Source: Macrostomum lignano
Taxonomy: Eukaryota
DNA length: 64,000 nucleotides
Assembly: GCA_002269645.1 (NCBI GenBank)
Contig: NIVC01000389.1
Location: 1 to 64,000, forward strand
Direction of reading: 5' to 3'
In this document: piece by piece, positions 12,142-22,600 of the stretch
Numbering within the stretch: the stretch's first letter is position 1
Layout of the letters: each line of letters starts with the position of its first letter
Made by a program: the position numbers and the translations under genes
The notes under the pieces: model-generated
The model's database searches: none
Told to the model about the DNA's origin: nothing
Seen by the model: only the letters and a program-made list of their open reading frames with translations

Positions 12142-12664
12142 GACGACACTCCGGTGTCATTCGACGCTTCTAACCCGATCATGGCGCAGGTGGTTGTCAA
12201 CGTTGCCGACGACAACGACAACCCGCCGGTGTGGAGCTCACCAAAATACTACGGAGGCGTTAACGTCAATGATCCGCCTGGCACAACAGTGTTCAGCTTC
12301 GCCGAGTTCGTCACCGACTTGGACGCTGGCAACAACAGCGCGCTGATATTCAGCATCACCCCAGTGCTGGCCAGCACCAGCCAGCTGACTTTACAGCTGG
12401 AAGAGCGCGGCATCTACGCGAACGTGTTCGCGTTAGACAATCGAACTGGCGTGCTCAAGACAGGGGAGCGAACCTACTTCCAAGACAGCATGGCGGGCTC
12501 GCTCTACTTCAATGTGACCGCATCCGATTCCAAGTACTCAGCCAAAGCGTCCTGCACGATCTACCTGCTCAGCTTGGACCAGCAGCTCGTATTCACCATC
12601 GCTGACGTACCGGCCAACGTCACCCGCTATCGAGATGCGTTCGTCAACTACCTGTCTAACATCA
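12142..12664 (+). pseudogene. Truncated duplicate of cadherin exon 4 (copy of 2425-2947)
   Basis: 523 bp colinear with about 8 substitutions counted by eye. It lacks the original acceptor and donor. Confidence 0.9.
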
Positions 12665-13442
12665 TTATCGTCGAGCTTCAAATGCTACAGGAGACCGACA
12701 AGAAAGCAACCTTGCAGTTGTTCCTGTCTCATGTGTAGTTTTTTTTAGATTTTTCTAGCATTTATCGCCACCAAGGCACAGTAAAGTGTACATGCCTAAC
12801 TATAGAGTTCAGGCCGCTGTACACTCCTGTGTGCGTATTCCTGCACGTATGACTGCGTATGTATCCGCGCGCTCGTGTGCCTGCTCAAAGGAGTCGGCGG
12901 AATGGGTAGTAATGCCTCTCACTAATGTCTCTCGCCGGTTGTGTGACAAAGACGTTTACAATGTCGTTTACACAGCCCCTGACTCTAAAAAACCTAATGC
13001 GCACGCACTTTATCACAAAACTGCACATTCTTAAATAACCAGGGTCTAAATTTTTACTATACTTTTCGAAATTTAAGCAGGATTTTCACGCCATATTGCT
13101 AGAGACAGCGGGATGTTGGCAGTTGTCTGAAAATGACCCGAATGACATAAAAACCTCAGCTATGGTTTGGATCCGTAGATTTCCCTCCCAATCCTCGACA
13201 GAGTGACATGAATCGATCAGAAAAGCACAGGTTCCTTGTTCTAAAAAAATAACTGATAGAAAAAGCATCGGATTCAATCAAAAGATGTTCAGGGACGGTC
13301 CCAGCGCCTTCTCCAATATATTTAGTCCAAGATCGAGCCAATACAAAATCGATATTTTGCCAGTCAAGTCAAAGAATGTCAACGCATCCGCTAGGAAACA
13401 AAAAGATGGCAATCGCTGAGCCGCATAAATCCGTTCACGTCG

Positions 13443-14465
13443 TTAGCCGGTGCGGTCGAAAACCAGACGTAAGTCGGCGCTGTCCAGCTTGTTGGCCGAG
13501 ACGCCCACGGCTGCGACGACGCCGTCGAGAAAATCTGTCGGCCCTCCGGTGCTGCCGCTCCAGCCGATGGCCAGGCAGTAGCTGGTGTTTGCATTGAGCC
13601 AGTGAGTAGTAGACAAAATGTTATGCGGCACCACGGTGTAGTCCACGAAGTATTTGTAATCGTAATCGCTTGGGTCGTCAAAAATACTTGACCGGTTGAT
13701 AGCCAATCCCAGCGTGAAGAACTGACTGTCATCATCTGGCAGGGCGGACTCACCGGTGTAGGACCTGGCGAACGGACCCAAGTTGGCAAACAGAGCTCCG
13801 TTAGGTGACGAAGTCGGGGCCAGGTAGTTCTTCTCGAGGATATTCATGCCCATCACCTTGAAAGTGGCGCAGTCAGTCAGTTCAAGAAAGATATTGTTCT
13901 TCGGCCTTCTTTTCAGGCGAATCCCAAACGACACAGTATGTGTAAGGTGGAGCAACGGTACCGGAGAGGACCACAGCCTAGAGTTGTTTGAACCGTACAG
14001 ACGAGGTCCCTCGCTGGTCCAGGTGACTCCAGTTGACATTATGGTTGCATCGGTTCCGCCCGGCATGCAAGCCAGGCTTTCCATCCTTCCAGTACCGGCG
14101 TCTCCAACCCAGAAAAATAAGAACAGTCGGCTGGCCGAGATCGCGTCATACTTGGTGCCGAGGACCGTCCTGCAGCTGGTCGGGGTGGGTTGCTCATATT
14201 GACCGGCACCCATAAGCTGCTGGCAGACTCGCTGGTAGTTGTACAGCCAGCAGGTGTTGTCGCGGTCGTTCCACTGGGCCACGGCAAGGCCGCCCATGTC
14301 GTTGGTGCGGCTGGTCGCCACGCAGTCGATGAACGACGTGGCGGAGGAGTCGCTGCCGCGAGACTGGTCGAGGCAGTCGGTGTGGAGAATGTTGAGAGTT
14401 TTGGCGGTGGCGAGCGCCTGCAGCTGCAGGAGCAGCAGAGCGGCAGTCAGGGCTTGAAGTGGCAT
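13443..14465 (-). CDS. Intronless secreted protein: signal peptide, PAN/apple-like Cys module, concanavalin/LamG-like beta domain (tentative)
   Basis: 340-aa ORF from ATG 14465 (an upstream in-frame ATG is at 14519). Hydrophobic leader MPLQALTAALLLLQLQALATA; SFIDCVATS...AQWNDRDNTCWLY resembles a PAN module; the C-terminal half is beta-rich. Confidence 0.6.
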   Translation of the reverse strand: MPLQALTAALLLLQLQALATAKTLNILHTDCLDQSRGSDSSATSFIDCVATSRTNDMGGLAVAQWNDRDNTCWLYNYQRVCQQLMGAGQYEQPTPTSCRTVLGTKYDAISASRLFLFFWVGDAGTGRMESLACMPGGTDATIMSTGVTWTSEGPRLYGSNNSRLWSSPVPLLHLTHTVSFGIRLKRRPKNNIFLELTDCATFKVMGMNILEKNYLAPTSSPNGALFANLGPFARSYTGESALPDDDSQFFTLGLAINRSSIFDDPSDYDYKYFVDYTVVPHNILSTTHWLNANTSYCLAIGWSGSTGGPTDFLDGVVAAVGVSANKLDSADLRLVFDRTG

Positions 14466-15164
14466 GCCAGGTTTCGTGCAGGTAAATTGCTTTTGCTGCG
14501 CCGAAATTTGAGCACACATTTATACAATTTTAGGTTTGAGTGGCTCCCCCCCTTATCCATCCATAATGAATTTTTAATCCATCATCCGTATCAAAAAAGC
14601 TTTCAGCTAGCAATTTGGGCTTTTAACTGTACCGAAGTCGGATCCTCGATTGCTTCTACTCTGCACAACATGAAATCGATGCTTTTGCATCAATAATGGA
14701 AGGTAAAATTGCATTTTTCAGCAGTCTTAGTGGAAGAATCAGAATTGGGAGCGTAGCCAGGATATTTTGCTAGAGCCGTGTTTTTGAGGGCGGCAGCAGG
14801 GATGCTGAAGCAGCTGCAAAAGGTGGGAACCAACCGTACGAGCTATTTTTAGTACTGTTTTTGAGAGGCCGAATGGTCTTTGCCTACTGAAATTCGATCG
14901 ATTTGCCTTGAGCTTTGACTTTGGCTTTGTGTTGTGTGATTTACATGACAACCCAGGCCATGTTTTGCAGATCTAGACAGGGATTTTGTGCACAAGCCCC
15001 AAGTTACATGTACACTGTAATGCACGGAATTGAACTACGAACCAAATAGGGGCTGCAGGCAGTGCGAGAGTCAGACGCGTTTACATTTACTGGCTACTCT
15101 ACGAGTGTCCTTTTTACATGCATCTGCTATGACTTGCAACTTGGACATGAACAGCTAAAAGACG

Positions 15165-18100
15165 GTCTGACTTACTTGACTTTGCTGCAGGGGGCGTCCG
15201 GCGGATGCAGCGAGGAGGCGGAGGAGACCGCACATTCCGCTAGCCCCTGGAGACCAATGACTTCCATTGAAGCGATGTCGCTCAGGGATACCCGTCGGTC
15301 TCGCCTGCAGCGCGGTCCTCCTCACCGGCGGTGGGGAAGAAATCAGCTTTCTTCCCCAGGTGTCCCTGGGGAAGAAGTGTCCCAGGTGTTTCTGAGTGTC
15401 CCTGAGGTACCGGGCGAGCAGTGGTGTGCTCTCGGACAGGGAATCCTCTTTGGTTGCTTCGACCGCTTCCCCAGGAAGCGACACTCACCCTGCCCCACCC
15501 CTCCGTTGTACAAGGTTAGTCTCGTTTTTCGAGCTGTGTGGGAAGAAGAAAAGGATTCATTTGAACGAGTCCAGTTGAAAAGTCTGACTTTTTTATCCTG
15601 TGCAGTCGTCGCTTTGTTTCCCATTCATGCCTATGAGTATATGATAGCAAACCCAGAGGGAAGGAGAGACCCTGCTAAAATTAAAAATCTCTGTTACACT
15701 CAAAAACGCTCAAAACTGAAACTTTGAAAACATATTCTTCAAATAATACCAAAACAACTGTTATCAAAGATGGGATTCAAGTGTTGCGCCCCCCACTTTG
15801 CGTCACCAACCTGCCTCGACACGAGAAGGATTCAACTGTTAGTATCCATAAGTTTCCTCCCCGCACTCAGCCGGAGCTCTTAGAGAAGTGGATTTCGGCT
15901 ATTCCATGGGAGTTGACCGATGCTGAGTTAGAAAAGATACGCCATGATCCCAAGTACAACTATAGAATCTGTTCGCTCCATTTCGTTGAGAGATTCTTCG
16001 TTACTGACTCACAGGATTCTAACTCGCGTCGGAAGCGACCTGCATCTGCTGATTCGGACACCAATCAGGTAAAAAAATAAAGTTCCGACAATTGACTTCG
16101 GATGCTGTCCTCAGCATTTCCCAAATGCGACATCGTACTTGAATAAAAAAGTTCCTGAGGAGCGGCCCACCACCCCGACATCCGCCCAGAGTCGTCGTGA
16201 GAGTGTCATGCGTCGCTACGAGGAGGATGCAATCTTTTTTCTTCAAAGTGTTGTTATCGATAGCTTCCAAGACGTCCTAACGCACCAGCTGCCGGACTAC
16301 TTGAGCTGCTTTTTCAGGCATGCATCCAATTCGCAGGTAACGTTTTCCACAACTAATATGTCCTCCGCTGACAAACTTGAGATAGCCACCTCTAGCATCT
16401 GTGGAGTCAAACAAAACAGTTTGCGACAGATTTGGTACCCGAGAGTAAGTTGTGCACATTTTCGCAGCTGGAAAACATACTTGCTTGGCTGAAGAACTGT
16501 CTCCAAGATGAAAGTACTCTTGACTACCGGCGCCATTTGCTGCTTGCTCAAAAGGAGGTAGAGAAGGCTGTCCAGGATTTGTCCTCAATTTTAGAGAACA
16601 AGACAAACCTTGAACAGGATACCGCTGCTGAGGAATCTGTACGGGAAGCTGAGTTTCTTGTCAGAGCAGCTGAGTCAGGTCGCACAGCTCACAAAATTAG
16701 CCTTTTTTACTAAGCGCCGGCTCTAGAGCATTGCTTGTTCATATTTTTTGGTGAGTTATTTATCTTAACCTTATTTTGTCTTGTTAAAGGGTTTCGAACT
16801 GTTACGAGAGCTAATTATTACATCAATCTTTTAAATAACAAAGTTAACGAGTTTCTCATAGGAAAACATAGGCAGAATGAGTGGTTTGAGAGGGGTCTTG
16901 AGACTAACCTTGTACACCCCTCCCCCTAGCCCAGTGTCGCTTCTTGGGGAGCGCAGTGAGCCAATAGGATTTCCTGTCTTGGGCCTGCAAACGTCGGAGA
17001 ACGGGGTTTAGCCCGAGGTGAGTGAGCCTGGCCCAAGGACTACTAGACTAGTGTTCCTAGTGGTCCTTGGCCTGGCCCTGTAAAAACCGGGCAGTGGCAG
17101 ATAAAGTGCTCGGCGTTTTCACTGCCTGAGCAGCAGAAGGGGCACCGCTCCTCGGGTACCTGGCCCTGGAGGAAGCGGTGGCGAGAGAAGCAGCCATGCC
17201 CGGAGAGGGCCATGCAAACTGCTCTGAGATCTCTGCAGTTGAGCCTGAGGAGGGCTCTACGCAGGAGGGGGGAGGGATAGGGGACGGCAGCACGGGATTG
17301 CCTGCAATTTCGGGTTCCGCGCGACCTGCGGAGATGCTCGGAATCAGCCCAGCGCTTAAGGCGGGAGTTGATCACCGAAGCGGGGATGGGGGCCCCCGGG
17401 CCCGGCCCCAACAGCGCCGGCGGAGCCTGCCTTAGCCAGCAGGTCAGTGTGCTCGCTGCCGAGGATCCAGCATGACCCGGGATCCATCTGAGCTCCACCT
17501 GGTTGCCTAGCACAAACCCGTTGAGCTAGGGCGTTGCAGTCCAGGACAAATCTGGAGCTGGTGGTGCTGCGGCAGAGGGCCCGAGGGGCTGCTTGGCTGT
17601 GAAAATTACATTTCCGACCGCTGAGCTGCCCCCGGCCCCTGGCAAGCACCTCGCTCTGAAAAAACACTGGAGTTGAGTCCAGTGTGCTGGGAGTAGCTCC
17701 ACACCACTTCTCCCTTGAAGAAGATGCAAGCTCCGAAGCATGAAAGACCATGCCTCATTGAGCCGTCAGTGAAACAGTGGACTCGCTCCAGAATCGCTCC
17801 AGCTGTCACTCGCCCCGTGTCGAGGCTGAATAGTGAACTTATACTGGTACCTCTGGCTCAGGAGAAGCGTCACAGAAAGCCCTGCAGAAGATCTCTAATG
17901 GTATCAACCGAGGGGCCCGCGCATATTGCGGTCACATCATCGGCATAGCCAACTTTGAGAATGGGGTCATGGAGATCACTGCAAAGCAACTCATCCATGA
18001 CAATGTTCCAGAGAACGAGGGTGAGGACCCCGCCCTGAGGGCCCCCTTTTTGAACAGGCGCTGTTCGAGAGCTGCCGTTCAGGTGGGCCACAGCAGTGCG

Positions 18101-18830
18101 GTTCCGGATCATGAACATGATCCACCGGACAAGGTGAGGGTGCGTGGCCCTGGATTCCAGGGCTCTCCAAAATGCCTCGAAGATGACGTTGTCGAAGGCC
18201 CCCTCAATGTCCAGGAAAAGCGAGAGGGCAAAGCCGCTGCCAAGAACGGCCCTGATCTCCAGGAAGTCAACGATTACATTGAGGGCACTCTCAGTAGACC
18301 TGCCCGCGCGGAAGGCGTGCTGGTTCTGCGAGAGTGGGAAGCGCTTCAGCTCGACCGAAAGTAGGCGCCAAAGCACCAGCCTTTCGAGGAGCTTAAGGCA
18401 GAAAGAGGTAAGGCTGATAGGCCTGAAGGCCTTCACCGATTGGTAGTCGCTCTTTCCAGGCTTGGGGATAAAGACCACGCAGGCCTATCTCCACGCAACT
18501 GGTACATAGCCCAGCTCCACACAAGCTCGAGGGAGACGACAGAGGAGGTCCAGGAAGCGGTGGTTTTTCACCGCCTCGTGCAAGAACGCTGTGTAGATGC
18601 CATCGGGCCCAGGCGTTAAAGGACCTTGCCGCTCTAATAATGCGGTCTTTGGTGATCATAGACTTTGCCAGGCCTTGCCCTCCCACGGTGTGGTCAGGCG
18701 GGCCCTGCTGAGTCGGAGATGTAGGGGAGAAACCGTTGAGCATGAGCTCTAGAGTTTCTTCAGAGCTCTCTGTGACCGAGCCATCAGGTCTCTTCACAAC
18801 AGAGAGTTTAGAAAATCGGTCGGTCATTGT
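15165..18830 (-). mobile_element. 5'-truncated, degraded non-LTR retrotransposon with RT and RNase H (R1/LOA/Lian-like)
   Basis: RT motifs VFIPKPGK...FRPISLTSFCLKLLER, PQGGVL, YADD; RNase H motifs FTDGS and WIPGH; C-terminal CPFC..E...HF..HCP. Frameshifted and internally deleted; the 3' UTR is interrupted by a THAP element. Confidence 0.85.
15507..16916 (+). mobile_element. Non-autonomous THAP-domain DNA transposon (P-element-like)
   Basis: Perfect 17-bp inverted ends TGTACAAGGTTAGTCTC / GAGACTAACCTTGTACA. THAP signature MGFKCCAP-(frameshift)-LCVTN...HKFP...W...ICSLHF. No catalytic domain seen. Confidence 0.75.
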
Positions 18831-19148
18831 TAAATTGTCCGTGATGTACATGTAGTTGGCAGCTGAGTCCATATATGCTGTGTCTCAATTCTATCGTTAA
18901 TCCGATTTTGAAAAGATTTAATGGTTTTCGAGGCAGTTAGCACTAAATCCTTAGCTTGGAAATCTATAAATTCGCATATTTTTGCAGAATTAATTTTTTC
19001 GTCTAACGCCATTCTACTATAGTTATCCGAATGTTAAAAACAAACTGGGGGAAGTCAGTCGTACAAAAATTATATAGACGGATGGATTGGTTGTAACACA
19101 ACTGAGCGATGGCCAACGGTTATCCAAACCGGAACATCCTCCTTCCAG

Positions 19149-19448
19149 ATCGGACGTCTACATCCATGCCATAGACAGAACGAACAACAGCATCGTGCCG
19201 GCCATCACTGTGCAGAACCAGATGGTCGTCTAACCAGATGGTCGTGCTCTACCGCCGATTCGGCGTGCTCTACGTTAAACTGGCGCGCCAGCAGACACCA
19301 ACAGATCAGACTTTGGAAATTTTGAAGATCTCGCTGATCGCGGTGGCCTGCGGACTAACCGTGCTGCTGTTCTTCTCTTGCATCTCGCTGTGGACTTGTC
19401 GACGGATGTACCGAAGAAAGTTGAAAGCTGCCACCGCCGTGGCTTTCG
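19149..19448 (+). pseudogene. Duplicate of the cadherin transmembrane exon (copy of 5425-5729) with premature stop
   Basis: Near-identical exon with both splice sites, plus flanking intron homology out to about 19700. In-frame TAA at 19231-19233. Confidence 0.9.
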
Positions 19449-19699
19449 GTGAGTTGAACTGAACGTGTTTCAGGTTGAAAAGCTTCTTGGAAGGCTTCTC
19501 AGGACAAACCGACAAACCAGTAGAACCAAGAACCAAGTATGACCTCTCAAAGCTCTCCATCAGGACACTGCGCATGGTTAATAACACCCCACAGCCGCTA
19601 TAAAACAATTGAACGTCTCTGTAAGCACTTTATAACCAGACATGTACGCTCAAAAGCCTCCCCAAACAATTTCGACATCTATAGACCCTCTATAGACAC

Positions 19700-22600
19700 T
19701 TTGCCTGCAATTGTTACTCTCCGAGTAAGGTGTGTTAGACGCGCCGGGGGTTCCGCTGTACATGCCTCTGCACTCTCTGCACTCTGGTGGGGGTGTTGGC
19801 CGCGCCGGCCGGATTAAAGCCCCTGCACCCGGCCCGTCTTGTCTCCGCCGCCATTTCTCAATTTTTGCTCAGCCACCGTCATGAGTGCCAGCGCAAAGCG
19901 ACTAAACGTGCGCCAAATCAAGGCTTGTCCACTGCACTCGGCTTAGAGCAAGCTGACGAAGAGTTCAACAACTCCGAGATGACTTCTTCTGCTCCGGACG
20001 CCGAGAACGGCATAGCAGCGCGGGCCATTCGCCTCTGGGGCGGGGAGCGACGGGCTGGCCGCGTTGCGACAGGAAGTGGAGCTGCTCGAACTGAAATTCC
20101 TGTTAGAACGTCGTCGGAATCTTCAGCAACATCTTCACACTCAGTAGTGCTTGACGGCTCAGCCTCAGGCAGCATCATCATCAGGTGAGCAAGTCGTGCA
20201 TGCCGGTCTGCAGTTGCCCGAGGTTCTTGAATCTGGGATGAGGGAGGCGGCTCAGCTTCAGGCCGCTAATTGCCAGGCTCCGACTCGCAAGTTGCATCTG
20301 ATCAGAGACCACATCAAACTAACCAGAGGACCCAGCTCTGCCAGTCAGGAGCAGTTGATCGCCACAATGGAGAATGGGTCGCTCACATTAAGAAAGCAGG
20401 AGCCGAAGCTGTCCAGTATCTCTGCTAGTCGTGGATCGCGGCCAGCTCGATCATCCTGCAAAAGCTGATCAAGGAAAAACTCCCGGCGGCTGCTGAAAGC
20501 ACTGCTGGTCTCCTGACTGACGTCCTTGGCTACCTCAACTACAATCGCAAGATGGCCGCTGACTACCCGGAGTTCGTGATCTGGGAGTTTAACGAGGACT
20601 GCTGAAAGCTGGTGGCAGAGACGGGCATGGCGTGGGGTGAGGATCTGTACCACAGCTGTACCACAAATACCTCAACGCACCCAGAAACCTGTGGTTCACG
20701 TTCGCTAAGCAGCAATTGCCGGCAGCAATTAGGCCGATCTGCCTGCGTTTCAACTCCGAGTGCTCTGGGATGCATCCGGGGTGCATCCGCCTGAACTGCA
20801 AGTTCCGCCACGTCTGCAAAATCCAAGGCTGCCTGGCGTCGCACCCGGCCCTTGCCCACACACAGGCGCTGCATTCATCACTCACCGGACAGCTGTCGGT
20901 TCACGTGATCGGTGCGGGTGCAAAAAACTGATGCCATTTATCCGGTGGACTGCTCTGATTTTAATACCGAATTTTCTGCTTTTACTTCACTGCTCATCTC
21001 GTCTGACCTCTAACATCTGACCTCTGACCTCTAAGCCTGGAATGCTCTGCTCAACAACGACCCAGACCGTGACTTTCTGATGCAAGGCGTTGTCCACGGT
21101 TTCGCTCTCACCATGCCATCAGCTGCGTTTGACTTCGTTCAAGAACCACGCCTCCACCCTGCTGCACCACTCTGCTGTGGAAGCCCAGGTCGAGGAGGAG
21201 CTGCGCCTTGGGAGGTACATCCGTTGGAGCGGCCCGATCAAAGTCTACCCCATCGGCGGGCCTTCCCAAGTCGGACGGGAGGGTCCGCTTGATCCATGAC
21301 TTGTCGTATCGGACTGGCCAGTCGGTCAACGGCTGCTACGACCAGCAGAAGCACATCAACTACTGCACTGTCCAGCATCTGGTTCGTCATCTCCTTCCGG
21401 GACACTACATGGCCACGATGGATCTCAAAAGCGCCTACAGGTCCATGCCAATCAGGCCTGCTGACTACGGGCTCGTCAGCCCCGCCTGGCGGTTGACTCG
21501 GACAGCCAGGACAGTCTGCTCTGCGACACCAGGCTTCCCTTCGACGCCAAAGCTGCTTGCGAAGTTTTCCACCGTCTTTCAGTCGCTGTTACCCGGCACA
21601 TGCACCGGCTTGGCTTTTCTGCTACGGTCAACTACCTGGATGACTGAGCAGTCGCTGGGAGATCCGAGTCCGAGGCTTTCGAGGCTTTCAATTGCCTGCT
21701 GGACATCTTGCAACACCTCGGCTTTACCATCAACTGGGACAAGGTTGTCAGGCGCAGGCGCTGTCAACTGGGGTGCCAAGAGTTTCTGGACTGCCATCGA
21801 CTGGGAGCTGGACTGCGGTGGTGTGTTCAGGGATGCTCATATCAACTTCAAGGAGGCTTTGGCACCTTTGCTGATCATCCTGCACCGTCGCTCTCAGCTG
21901 ACTAACTGCAAGATTGTCATCTACACCGACATCACCGCAGCGGCTAGCTGAGCTAAGCTGAGCTGTCGTGACCCACGGTTCCTGCAGGTGTACCAGACTG
22001 TGGCTCTGCTGTGCATCAGGAACAGCATCAGTGTGGAGGCCTTTCACCTGACTGGTCGCATGCAGATTTTTGCTTCGCAGTCTGAGCTCATTAACTTTTG
22101 CTGCCGCTACTGCCGTACGCTCGTGATCTGCCCGCTTGAGTTCGCGTCGCACGCGCTCTCTGCCGCTTCTCAATCTCGCCTCCTTTTGCAGGTCGCCCTC
22201 GTCCTGTGAAGACGCCGGCCCGCCCCCCTCCCCGCGCTGTGTCTCCGCCAGAGCCTGGCGGAGAACTCCTGGAGATCCTAACTCAGCCAGCTACGCTCCT
22301 GTGAAGCCTTCTGTGTTAGCGCAGGCCGCCCTTCATCCCTAGCTGACGGTGACTTCCTCTGCCGCTACATTGCGCACCTGGTGAGCACCCGGCTTCGGTC
22401 CTTCTCCAGCCTCTGAGCCTACGTCCACGCCGTATCGTTCTGCACCAAGCCACCGGCGCCCTCGACTTCACCGTGCAGCTGGCCCTCCGCGGCGCCAAAC
22501 GTCATCTGGGCCTGCGATGCAAACAGGCGAAGCCGCTGACTATCGAGCACCTCAAGAGCACCCATCGGCAGCTCCGCGATCCACCTCAAGCGCAGATATC

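Noticed and set aside
15158-15180. AAAGACGGTCT..CTTACT, and AAGACTCAAT in the 17-bp minisatellite, resemble my recollection of the Macrostomum spliced leader
   Set aside because: The matches are only 10-11 nt, there is no donor or Sm site, and my reference is from memory. A BLAST with the published SL RNA would settle it.
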